Below are positions 27,032-38,842 of a stretch of 64,000 bases of DNA, piece by piece; positions within the stretch are counted from its first letter, which is position 1, and each line of letters begins with the position of its first letter. The DNA comes from Octopus vulgaris. Its lineage: Eukaryota. The notes below the pieces were generated by a model. It ran no database searches, had not been told where the DNA came from, and saw nothing but the letters and a program-made list of their open reading frames with translations. The position numbers and the translations under genes were made by a program. The stretch is from positions 93,062,001 through 93,126,000 of the forward strand of contig OX597819.1 of NCBI GenBank assembly GCA_951406725.2, in the 5' to 3' direction.

Positions 27032-27659
27032 TACTTCTACAAGAGAAGTACATAAAAGACAAAGTAGAATAGAATTTGGAGTGTGAATTCATAGCATTTA
27101 ATCAGCAGACTTTTTGCAAACAATATTATCGTTTACTTGTGTACCGGCTGCACCCATTATAGGACTGTCTTAAGCTTTGTAGATTTATTAACTGTTGAGA
27201 GCTTAAGTATCTCCTGGCATGATGCGGCTTTTGATACGTTGGAGGAAAATGGTCGCAAAATGAATCATCGATAATAGGGAAGTCAAGCATTTTAGCACCT
27301 TTGAATTTTCTATTTGCATGTTAACCATGTATAAAGTTGGGGGCACGATTGATTATTCGACAGATATATTGTAGAAATCGACGAAGGAGCTTGTACTATA
27401 CCATATTTGCAACAGTTTGGCAGATAAATAAAATTTGAGAGCTACATTGGATGCAGGAATTGTTTATTTCTAATCGATCATGAGATCAAATACGAGATTC
27501 TATCGCGGATATTTCATGTGTGTCGAATATCCTGGATATTCCGCATGAAATATCAATATTAATAGGGTTGTATACTTACATCATTAGATGAGTCTGATTT
27601 TACAACATACACCCAAATCCAGGCAATCTGAATTAATCTAGTAAAGCTTAGATCTGACT

Positions 27660-28915
27660 CCAAGTAGTATTCTCGTGACCCTATCGGATATCTCTTTTTA
27701 ACCAGAGCTTCTAGACCCTTTTCATCAGCCTCTTCATTCTTCTTGCTTTTCTTCGGCTCATTTCTGTAATACTCACGACTCCGTAAACCTTACTGAGAGA
27801 ATGAGGCGTGAATCCTCAACATCCCACCTCCACTGACAAACATTTGGTCCTCCATCCATTTCTGGAACAATCCTAGTTCACCAAGTCCTGGTACTTTGCT
27901 CTTTTCTACTCTTTTGCCTTTCCCTCCTTTTCTTGCAGGGAGCTATTTACACCAATACGATGAGCTACCCACTTAACTCAGAAACCAAGATGATATGGTT
28001 TCTCAACGAGATCATGATGATATGTAATGTAATTTTAACTGCTTCCCTAGAACTATTTACATCACAGAGCCGTTTACAAAGAAAATCATCGGAGCCGCGT
28101 TGTCTTTCGTCATCCGAACACTCTCTCTTTAACAAGTACGAAATTTCCGTCTGTAGTGTGAGCATTTTCGCTGTCACTTATCATTTAGCTAGTTGTCTTA
28201 AAGAGAGTCTTGTGGACCTGGTCATGTCTCTAGCGATAGCATCACTCTTCTAGTACCTCATAGCAAACAGTAACTCGGGGTGTGCCTGAGTATCCTAAGA
28301 ACACCAAGGTATGAGAGGAAAATAATATACCCCAAAACTGAGAATTTGATTCTGTCAGGTTTCCACTTCTAAATGACCTGCCAAGTGGCATTCAGCCTCA
28401 TTACCTGTTTCCTATCATCTAGATGCTCTGTGTCCTTCTTGCCCCCACTTTACTATTCACTTCTTCTACTGACGCTTGCACCATCTACAGGACAGTCTGC
28501 CTCCCCTTCTGGCTGGCCGTGTCATATCAATTATTTTTTACACTGCCGAGCTCGGTCCTGCTCTGTGCTCCGCTCCTAAAAAGGGTCTTATGCTTCAGCT
28601 TCTCCAATGCCAGCTGGACCACCTCATTTATTTGATATTTCCCTCTTGACTTTACAGTGACTCTTTCCCAGCATGTGTTCTTGTGTTCGTGTCACCACGA
28701 GTTCTTCGTTGATTAAACTAAAAGAAGAGCTGACCTTAATACTACTTCTTTCAGGCTCTTATTCCTCAAGCTACTTGTACGCTGAAAGCCCCCTGCTGGC
28801 AACATCCTAGAGGAGCACAATCAAGAGTACTCTTGGGTGGATTTACTGCTGGTTGACCTAGGCCTTTAATCCTTTTGGTAGCCCTGAAACACAGCTCGCA
28901 ACCAGTATTCTAGAT
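27660..28915 (-). mobile_element. HERO/NeSL-like (R2-superfamily) non-LTR retrotransposon, decayed 3' part
   Basis: Manual reverse-complement translation gives GLPKGLKA*V..PRVL, NEELVVTRT, WKPDRIKF, YR*RHDQV, LRNHIILVS and KRAKYQDL..C..NGWRTKCLSVEVGC*GF (restriction-like endonuclease). Confidence 0.75.
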
Positions 28916-29578
28916 CGTATTAATCGAATCAGTGTTCTTCAAGTGAAGATATTCTTGATTCCTCTCATTTTCTTTTTTTCATTTTCGGTTATAGAGTCAT
29001 GGAAGATCTTTTATTATAATCTAAATTCGATACACAGTCTATTCACATTATATATGAAAGAAATATGATGTCTATTAAAATTTAATATTAATGATGCTAA
29101 CATGTCAATATGTATATATGCAATAGAGAAAAAAAGCATTAATTCAACCTGTCTAGCTTATTCAAAACTCACACCGCCTCTAGGCAGAACTGGTGAGATA
29201 ACTAGCATGTTACTTCGGTCATATAATCAGAAAATATAAAAATTCAAAGTGTAAGACGAAGAGGAAGAGGGTAGGGAAAGAGATGGAAAGAGAAGAAGCC
29301 AGAAAAAAGTAAGTCAGTAAAGAGCTGACGCCATCGCTCAAACCACTGAAAATGGCAGCTGTACGTTTCATAATGACACACGATGGTCTTGAAATAAACA
29401 AATAAACGCTATATTGAACAATATAAGTTTTGATTCACAAACGAAAAGATTATAACGTTTTTCATTTTAGTTTATTTCGACTACGATTTATTTGGGAAGC
29501 CACCATAACAAATTTTATATCAAGCCAATGACAGTTGGCCTTCGATACATACATACATACATACATACATATCAACCA

Positions 29579-29612
<34 letters not shown>

Positions 29613-30489
29613 CATACATAATACAGATATTTTTATATATGTACGTATGTATGCCTGTATGTTGTTTATGTGTAAATATATATGTTTATAAGTATATATT
29701 TATGTGTACATATATGTCTGACTTACGCTTAAGCAACTGAAGTTGCCAAAAGTGCAGATATAAAGCTGATAATGCTAAACGTAAATAAAGGCTACAGATT
29801 TTTCATAGCTCAAACAAAACTTTGTCACACAACCTGTAACACATAAAACCTGCGTATCTAATCTTTAGGTCCTATTACAGTCAAGTTGTGTAGAGATAAG
29901 TAAATTTGTAGTCTTTATTTACCTTTCCCATTCCTTACATTCTCGGATTTTTATTCGCATTTTCGAGCAACTCTAGTTGCTAAATTGTGAGTTATATAGT
30001 GACTGCCAACTTCTCGAAATTTACCTTGATTTCAATAAGGGTCGAAGTGTGTAATACGCGATGGTTAACAAATTCATTTAACGTATACGAGGTCCAACGT
30101 TTAGCAACTATACTAGCTATGTACTTGCTTGAAACTTACCTTCCTACATCATAATATTTGGAACCTATTAAATTATTACATACATATATATATACAAATA
30201 TATACACACATACATACAAATATATAAGATAAAATTTTAATTTTGATTTTAAATTTACGTTTTGGTTATGTCTTTAGCTGCATACTGATAGAGCACATGC
30301 ACTGCCTATGGCTACCTGGTGTCATTCACGGTAATTGCACAATCGTCGCTGGATCTACATTAGGAATTTCTCAGTGTACGTTGAGTATAATAGAAACAAT
30401 AGTGACGGAAGACGAACATGCTTGAAATTTTATGCATGACAACGATCCTTTCGACTCACATATCCTACTTTGCTCCCTCGCGGGTGGGA

Positions 30490-30531
30490 AACTATACAAT
30501 GAATTTAGATGCAGAAGCATCTCATCAGGTC
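30490..30531 (-). ncRNA. Degenerate hammerhead-like motif
   Basis: Reverse complement: GAC-CTGATGA-GATGC-TTCT-GCATC-TAAA-TTCATTGTA-TA-GTT. Perfect stem II; GAAA changed to TAAA. Confidence 0.45.
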
Positions 30532-30572
30532 ATGTAATGGAGTTTCTCGTTAAATAAGTAATGTTTCATTAT

Positions 30573-30755
30573 TTACATTATTTACATTTAACGGCTATTT
30601 GTCCCCATCTTGTTTGTTGTTAACACAGCGTTTCGGCTGATATACACTCCAGCCTTCATCAAGATCAGGACAAATCACGATCGGACAAATATCCGTCAAA
30701 TGTAAATAATGTAATTAATGTACATAATTCCTCATCCCTGAAATATAGAACTGTA
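30573..30755. mobile_element. Penelope pLTR remnant in inverted arrangement with a hammerhead-like motif on the - strand
   Basis: 30573-30604 is inverted relative to 30683-30714. The reverse complement of 30624-30662 is TTGATGA-A-GGCTG-N10-CAGCC-GAAA-CG-CT-GTG. Same family as 4137-4205. Confidence 0.75.
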
Positions 30756-31649
30756 TGAAGCAATGCTTCGATCTTAAGGTCAACGAGTATGTTGATAGCA
30801 GTCGTAGCTTAAATGCATTAGTCCGGAGTTAATATCACCATGCTGTGATTAAAAACATAATATATATATATATATATATAACGGGGAAGACGAAAATCGT
30901 CACAACATCGTTACGTGAGAATGCCTGATGCATTTCTGCGTCAATAGCGTGTGATCACAGTCAAACCCTAGTCCGGCATATAGTGGTACACGGTACTGAC
31001 AACGATTACCCAGGAAGAAATGTATTTAGTGTACTCACTTAATGCTGTTGAAACAATTTTCTTGTTCGATTGATGAATATATTGTGTTTTCAAGTACAGC
31101 ACGTCGATAAAAGATAGTTCTCCGGAGGAATACCGCAGTAAATTTGTCTTTCATCATATATGTATGACACGTAGAAGGTTATTATAATCTTCCCTTGCAT
31201 GTAACGGACTTTTATTCAGTCAGATGTTTATTCACAACACCATAGAACTTTTATTCACTGTTCGTCGACATGTCAGTAGACAACTTTCGTCTAATCATCA
31301 GTTTTGGCCCATAATGTAGCAACACATGTAGCGTTCTCGGTAGCCGCTGGTAAGATGATTTCCTTTACTTTCCGGTATATATCCTGTTTTAAGCACACGT
31401 CTATATGAGGCTTCATCTCCAGGTGGATACCCCGGTACATTTGCCTCTTGTGATCTTGTGCATTGAGTATGATACGCATATGGCTCTATGCATATATAAA
31501 TTATAGTAAACTTGACAAGGTATGCATTACATTCCAACTCATCCTGCCAGAGATATGACAACAGAAACAATGTACGTATTTTGAGTTCCATTATTGATGT
31601 GCATAAGTTAGAGCAGTGGTTTTATCTTTTATATTTGAAGTGTATGCAG

Positions 31650-31732
31650 TCATCTGACGAGAACAGTCTCTTTCAAATGATGTAATGTTTTCAATATTCA
31701 ATTTAAGGAGTCACTTGAAACGGCCATAATGA
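31650..31732 (+). ncRNA. Hammerhead-like motif with long stem II
   Basis: TCAT-CTGACGA-(56 nt including CTCTTT/AAGGAG)-GAAA-CGGCCA-TA-ATGA. Confidence 0.5.
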
Positions 31733-32198
31733 ATTCACACCTATATATCTTCGTTACTCATTTATATATCAATATATATAATTTGGAGGACTAATGAGCA
31801 TATTACAATTAGTATGTTGAGTAAAGCACGTTCACAGTTTGGGCGACCTGATGTCATCCACGATCAGAGTATGCTTCCACTTGATCTACTTCAGGAATTC
31901 TGCAGTGTCAGTTGAGATAATAATAACTGATGAAGGAAACGGAAATCAAGATACAGCAGGCACGAACAACATCCCTAGGACATCTCAGTATATCTAACGG
32001 GACATGCCCGTTTTTATGCTTGTAGTTGATGTGCTACAAAATTCACAGATGGATGCAACACAATTAGATGCACAAAATCCTACCCATAACGGCCAGTTGT
32101 AGAATGAGTCGAAACGATTGAAATACTTAATCAAGAATAGAGCCAAATCTGTCTTCTGTGTCCTTCATCAATTATTATTATTATATATAAGTGTATGC

Positions 32199-32240
<42 letters not shown>

Positions 32241-32309
32241 TTTTAATTATTTCAGTCATGTGACTGCGGCCATGTTAGAGCATATATATTGTATGTATAT
32301 ATATGTATA

Positions 32310-32517
32310 TATATTTGTTTCGCAAGATTTTTGATGCGAAATCGTGTGTTGAAACATATTGTTGTATTTAGGAATGTGACGAAAGAACTCTGGCCGAAAT
32401 AAGATTAAGATTAATGTACAAAATAAATACCGCTGAAGCAAAGTAACACCAAATATATAGTGCGTATGTTTTTATTGGCTAAACTGGCAAAATGACCATT
32501 CGTGAATACAACAATAT
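32310..32517. repeat. (TA)n-flanked interspersed repeat with an internal inversion
   Basis: ATATTGTTGTATTTAGGAATG (32356-32376) is inverted relative to CATTCGTGAATACAACAATAT (32497-32517). TTGGCTAAACTGGCAA.ATGACCATTC recurs at about 50323. Confidence 0.6.
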
Positions 32518-32549
32518 ATATATATATATATATAAATATATATATATAA

Positions 32550-32618
<69 letters not shown>

Positions 32619-33285
32619 CATACATAAATATAATACATGCATATATATAATACTTAGATAGATAGATAGATATATACACACTTTCGGACCCGCCTGCCTA
32701 CCTACCTACCTACCTACCTACCTACCTACCTATCCACACACATATATACATGCATACATACCTATATACGCACGTACATTCTTTCATAATGCAAATCATT
32801 ATAACGGTTGCCAAAAATCCACTTGGTTCGTCTTGCTTCAACAAGGAATATGATAAAATGTCACATCACGACCTAACGTGATACACACATATCGTATCTA
32901 TCAACATAATACAATATAATAATACGAAAGAAACCCAGCGTTTATTAACATAATATAATCTGAAGGTAACATATAACTTCTAAAACATAAAACATTCTGA
33001 TAGGAAATATATGATATCTATATTTCCAAACTAAAGTTCAGTGTTTACACAAAAGAAGCCTTGTGTCAGTATTCTCAATATACACAGTCCAACAATATCT
33101 AACATGTACCGTATGAAGGGATGTTTGAATTAGATATTTACCAATAATTCGGAACACATCATCTTTTCCATTAATCTGTCTATGTACACGAAATTATGTT
33201 AGACTTTTCCTCAAAACTGTTGCATAATGTTAGTGTACATATATGATTTTCTGTATCATATATATACACACATTTGTATGTATGA

Positions 33286-33319
<34 letters not shown>

Positions 33320-33354
33320 TACACATACAGTCACACCTATATATATATATATAT

Positions 33355-33409
<55 letters not shown>

Positions 33410-33428
33410 GAATACACATACAGTCACA

Positions 33429-33468
<40 letters not shown>

Positions 33469-34155
33469 TGTGTACTTATTAGAACGTGCATGCACATGTG
33501 TGTGCACATGTGTGTGCACATGTTTGTATGTATGTCTATGTGAATGTGTGTACGAGTTCATGTGCTTATTCATTTCATGCATAACAAAAAGTTATTAACT
33601 GATGTGTAATGTAAACCCTGAGTATACTGTAAAACAATATAGGAATATCCGAGATGAAAATGATGCCTTCTGTTGCTATGGCATCAAAATACCAATTTGA
33701 CATCGAAACGTATTTATAGAATAGATAAAGACAGAACACTCCCAAGGATAAAAATAAATAGATGAATAAATAAATAATTAAATCAGTAAATAAGTAAAAA
33801 CGAAACTAATTTGCAAAGCAAAAACGAAAAATATAGATAGTAATCCACAGGAAATCTCTTTCGGTTTATGTTTTCTGTTTTAGCCATTTTGACGTAAGTT
33901 TTCAGCTCTTATTAGCCTATGGATTATTTTCAAACTCAATCGATAACGATGAAAACTCGATTTTAGAAACATTTAACATGGAAGCCTGTTTTGCTACATT
34001 CAGGTCTAAAATGTGTGAAAAGGGACTCGAGCAAAATGATGATGATGATGATTACGATGATGACGGCAACAGCAACAATAACAACAACAACAATAATAAC
34101 AAGAACAAAAACAACAACTACTACTACTACCACTACAACAACAATAATAATAAGG

Positions 34156-34222
<67 letters not shown>

Positions 34223-34299
34223 TGATGATGATGATGATTTCATGTATTTGCCAAAAGGGGGAATAATGATGATGATGATGATGATGATGATGATTATAA

Positions 34300-34341
34300 T
34301 ACCCCAGTGTCACTTTGATGGCATGCACTGCTCTCTCACTC
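34300..34341 (+). mobile_element. 3'-terminal 42 bp of the (AAT)n-embedded retroposon
   Basis: TACCCCAGTGTCACTTTGATGGCATGCACTGCTCTCTCACTC, identical to the end of the 14708-14910 copy, lying within ATG/AAT repeats. Confidence 0.85.
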
Positions 34342-34781
34342 AATAATAATAATACTACTACTACTACTAATAATAATAATAATAGTTGAAAAGAAAGAAA
34401 CAAACTAAGCAAATATGTGATTCATTAAAGAAAAATAAAATAAGGAAATTATCATTTATTAAATGTGCGTTCGTTCAGAGAGGATAATCATAGCGTATAT
34501 TTCATAAAATGGATGACAGAATCAAAATTTAATGTGATTCTCATCTTTCACAGAATGTATATGTGTTCGCATTTCCACCCATAATGTGTGCGACGTGGCC
34601 ATGTAAGTTAGAGACTTGCTTCCTGCTCCTTGAGCAAGTTTCTTCTACTGTAGCAGCGGACCAAAATTGCTAATAGGAATAGTAGACAGAAACTGAAAGA
34701 AGGGCGTTGCGCACATGTGTGTGTGCGTGCGCGCGCCGATGTGTGTATATTTATATGTGTGTATGTGTGTATATATATATG

Positions 34782-34839
<58 letters not shown>

Positions 34840-34845
<6 letters not shown>

Positions 34846-35415
34846 GAGCAAAAATACTGGAGATTCAGTATACACCACGTGGTAAAATTATGAGTTGAAA
34901 ATATGTGAAAAACATATATAAAAAGTGAAAGAGAAACGCCTTTGTTTCACATAGATTAATATATTTTTATAAAGATTTTTAAAAATATATACATATTTTA
35001 TGGATGTCATGATATCCAACCGGTTTTCGCCATTTAAATTAGCTTTTCAAGGGACATTGTGAAGTAATCAATTCTTGTGACAAAGGGGTCTTGCCATTTT
35101 GGATGCTTGAAAAATAAGAATGAGTCTATAGAGTCGAGTAAGGGAGGCAACAGGCGGCAAGGAGGACAACTAACTCCTCAGTATAACTTTTGAAATGGTC
35201 AAGTTTGCATATAAAGGTGTGATCTGTACTTTAGTATGAACAGGTTTTCCTTATTTAGGTGTTATTGTAAGGAGATTCAATCTTTGCATTGGTATGATGG
35301 AAAGATATGGAAATTCGGTGTTTTATTTCTTGCGAATCTCTTGATATGTTCAGTCAGGGCTATCTGCCTGTATTGAGGAAAACGAATCTGTTCTTTATGC
35401 AGCGTGACTCTTCGT
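34840..35415 (-). mobile_element. Penelope-like element, 3' fragment (GIY-YIG C-terminal half and pLTR with hammerhead-like motif)
   Basis: Reverse complement of 35203-35414 reads RRVTLHKEQIRFPQYRQIALTEHI...PNFHIFP.Y...KENLFILKY. Downstream, the reverse complement of 35015-35055 is GTCC-CTTGAAAA-GCT..GGC-GAAA-ACCGGT-T-GGA. Confidence 0.65.
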
Positions 35416-35657
35416 CACAAAGTAAGGCGCATGGGGCCAAATGAGCTAAAACTCGAGAACTACCCAACTGATTTCATCCCAACTTTGCACATGCCTTACG
35501 TAGGGTCCATGCAGTGTCATGCTCCCACAAAATTTCAACTTCTTGCCTAATGCGAGGCCATTGCAGTCTCTTATCTTTTTCAGTATTACGTGTCAAAAGT
35601 GAAACTATAACATCTCTATTCTAATGTAAGATAATACTTTCATTTCAATACTCTCAC

Positions 35658-35695
<38 letters not shown>

Positions 35696-35718
35696 TTATA
35701 TATATATATTATATATAT

Positions 35719-35763
<45 letters not shown>

Positions 35764-35827
35764 TATATATTATATGATATATATATATGTTCACACACTC
35801 AATATGTGTATATATATATTTATATAT

Positions 35828-36041
35828 AATTATTTAACAATTAAGGATAACTTCTTAATAAGGAATCTTAACAAGAAATTATCAGGTAGATAGCGTGAAA
35901 AACCTCATAAGAGAAAAATTTCGAAAATAATTCTTTCTTATTGAACATATTAATTTATATATAGAGGGCATTATTATACATACCTGATAATTTCTTGTTA
36001 AGATTCCTTATTAAGAAGTTATCCTTAATTGTTAAATAATT
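35828..36041. repeat. Perfect 61-bp inverted repeat with a 92-bp spacer
   Basis: 35828-35888 is the exact reverse complement of 35981-36041 (checked base by base). Confidence 0.95.
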
Positions 36042-36204
36042 TTATTCCGAAAAAACTTTTCCTAACCGAAATGCAATTCGAAGAAACCCGCCACATTTAC
36101 CGGATGTATGATATGTAAACTTCTCCATGTGCTTCGTTGGAGTGGAGCAGATGGCTGTTCAACTTTGGCGGTACAGGTCGTTTATTTATGATATGTTCAG
36201 AATC

Positions 36205-36268
36205 AGTCTTGCTGATGAGTACGGTCGCAATTCTGCGGTAAGTACGAAATCACAGGTGATACAAGACT
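36205..36268 (+). ncRNA. Type I hammerhead ribozyme, intact core
   Basis: AGTCTTG-CTGATGA-GTAC-(CGCA/TGCG hairpin)-GTAC-GAAA-TCAC-AG-GTGA-TA-CAAGACT: 7-bp stem I, 4-bp stem II, 4-bp stem III, AUA triplet. Confidence 0.85.
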
Positions 36269-36418
36269 AAATTCATTTTTTAAATGTGTTGCTTTGAAAA
36301 ATTGCATTGGGTATGATTAGTAAAATTTTTGGTAGAAATGACTAATGTCCCTCTTAGCGTGAGGCATGTATGTATAATAATGCCCTCTATATATAAATAT
36401 ATTTATATATATATATTA

Positions 36419-37060
36419 CCAAAGCCTATTCCCCTAAGGCGGGGTAGCCACAAGACACGCACTAGGCATTCCATTCATTTTCTATGCTCAAAGAGGAAAG
36501 CCCTGTCCTATGCTCGGGTCAGGGCATAGAAAGCAAACCCCGATATCAGCAGTGGGGCTCGACAGTATATGCTAATTTATCCCCGCACATCATGCTGTTA
36601 CTGTACCCCTTTGAGCAACATCAATTCACTCATCCGTCCGCAAATCCTCTCCAAGCTTTCCTATCATTAATAATCTTTCTTACCTCGGTAACTCCAAAAC
36701 CTATAACCACTAAAGCTTTCCAGTGACATCACCAAGCTGGTATTTTCCCTTACATTTCATCTTAGATTAGCAAGCACATCTATCCTTCTCCTCATCCTCT
36801 CACTCCCTTTCTCTCTCCTCTTTGCCTCATTTGTACTGCACCCACGCACATTCCATGACCCTAGTGCTAGGGTGAGATTTGGTGCTAATCTTCTCCTATC
36901 CCCTTGTCCTTTTTCTTGTTGTCTTTTAGGAAAAAGAATTACTAGGAATGGATACTTAGTCCCGTCGCTCCCACTCCTTTTAGTCGCTTCGTACGACACG
37001 CAGGGAATACAGCGAATGCATTCTACCCCCCCCCCGCACTATAGTCACAAGGGGGTTTCC
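36419..37060 (-). mobile_element. Internally deleted RTE-like LINE (5' UTR and APE N-terminus joined to C-terminus and 3' UTR)
   Basis: Reverse complement reads LALGSWNVRG...RRIDVLA (APE start), then within about 50 bp ALVVIGFGVTEVRKIINDRKAWRGFADG* (RTE-like DR..WR end). Confidence 0.6.
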
Positions 37061-37255
37061 TAGTTAACCCATAACTGGAACCCTTACAGCTGCTATCAAC
37101 CCGGATCATAGTAGACCTGGAAACAATAGTGGGTAAGAGGTGGTTCCACACTTTTCAAATCCTGAAACCAGGGCCACAGTGCCCCACTACCGGATGTAGT
37201 TTAGAGTCATACCCAGGACTATATATATATAAATACATATATATATTCTTTCTTT

Positions 37256-37646
37256 CCTTTTATTCTTTTTCTTGTTTCAGTGATTTGACTGCGGCTAAGC
37301 TGGAGCACCGCCTTTAGTCGAGCAAATCGACCCCAGGACTTATTCTTTGTAAGGCTAGTACTTATTCTATCGGGATCTTTTTGCCGAACCGCTAAGTTAC
37401 TGGGCGTAAAGCTACCAGCATCGATTGTCAAGCGATGTTGGAGGGACAAGCACAGGCACACATGCATACATATATATATACATGTATACGACAGGCTTCT
37501 TTCAGTTTCCGTCTTTACCTCACAAGGCTTAGGTCGATCCGAAGCTATAGTAGAAGATACTTGCCAAAGTTGCTACACAGTGGGACTGAACCCGGAACCA
37601 TTTGGTTGGTAAGCAAGCTACTTACCACACAGCTACCCCTGCACCT
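37256..37646 (-). mobile_element. SINE family A, full length (head, internal microsatellite, CR1-like tail)
   Basis: Reverse complement has head GTAGCTGTGTGGTAAGTAGCTTGC...GGGTTCAGTCCC, a TA/CA spacer, and tail GGCGGTGCTCCAGCTTAGCCGCAGTCAAATCACTGAAACAAGAAAAAG. Confidence 0.9.
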
Positions 37647-37667
37647 ATATATATTTATATATATATG

Positions 37668-37740
<73 letters not shown>

Positions 37741-38252
37741 GCATACAAACATATATACATATAATATTTATATGTATATACATACATATATATATATATA
37801 CACACAAATAGCATGTTCAGAGCGCTTGCATATTCACATTTATTTGAATACAAGTATTTATTCGTATATATTGATGCTTACATACATTTAGACAAGTGAA
37901 TATATGGAACAAAACACATGCAGGTATAAACGTGCACATACTGATACATACAACAGTAACTCTATGATTAATGTACAGATATGCATGTATCACGTGACAA
38001 AGGAATGTGGTGGTACAGAATATATACTTACATGTATAAACGGATGCACATGGAAATGTGTGTAGAAAATATTAGATATCAAATAAAGACAGCAATATTC
38101 ATACATCTTACATATTATATGTACTTGTACACACACAGAAATAGACACATAGGCACATAAATACTAAACACACTTATAAATATATATTTACATATATATA
38201 TATATAACACATGCGTATATCGTACACATATGTGTGTGTATCTATCTATCTA

Positions 38253-38299
<47 letters not shown>

Positions 38300-38842
38300 A
38301 TACAGACACAGAGAAAGAGAGAGAAGTGCATGTTGATATATACACACAGAAAAGAATCTATACATACATATACATGTGAAAAGACATTTATTCAGAACTC
38401 ACATAAAACCCCTCGGCGCCTATCTACACGCGCAGCACAAATATGCTGACTGTAAATATTCAAATGCAATAGAACTTGGAGATCTTTCTCTAAGTTCTTG
38501 ATTGAAATCAGCAGATAAATTCTACTGACTTCACCGATAAAAGACATGCGGCATTATTTCCATTGATATTAAAATCAATTCCTCCGTTTTTTTAGTTTTA
38601 TATTATTAAGTTTTTTTTTATATATATTTTAATAATATCCAATGATTTATAGCTACCACCATATTGAAAATGAACTGTCACAGGCAAAATTTATTGGACA
38701 GTTTTCAGTTGAGATTTATTTTTCTATTAACGTGTAGGCTAATAGAAAACCATATCAGTAATATGACTGCTTCATATCGTTGCTGCTGTTTCTGTGTGTG
38801 TCGGATACTGTGTCTTTGTGTGCGGTAATTGGTTTAAATTTT

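Noticed and set aside
31278-31305. CTGATGA-TTAGAC-GAAA on the - strand
   Set aside because: No stem II or stem I pairing; likely chance.
33320-33431. Duplicated ATACACATACAGTCACACC between TA tracts
   Set aside because: Slippage duplication within a microsatellite.
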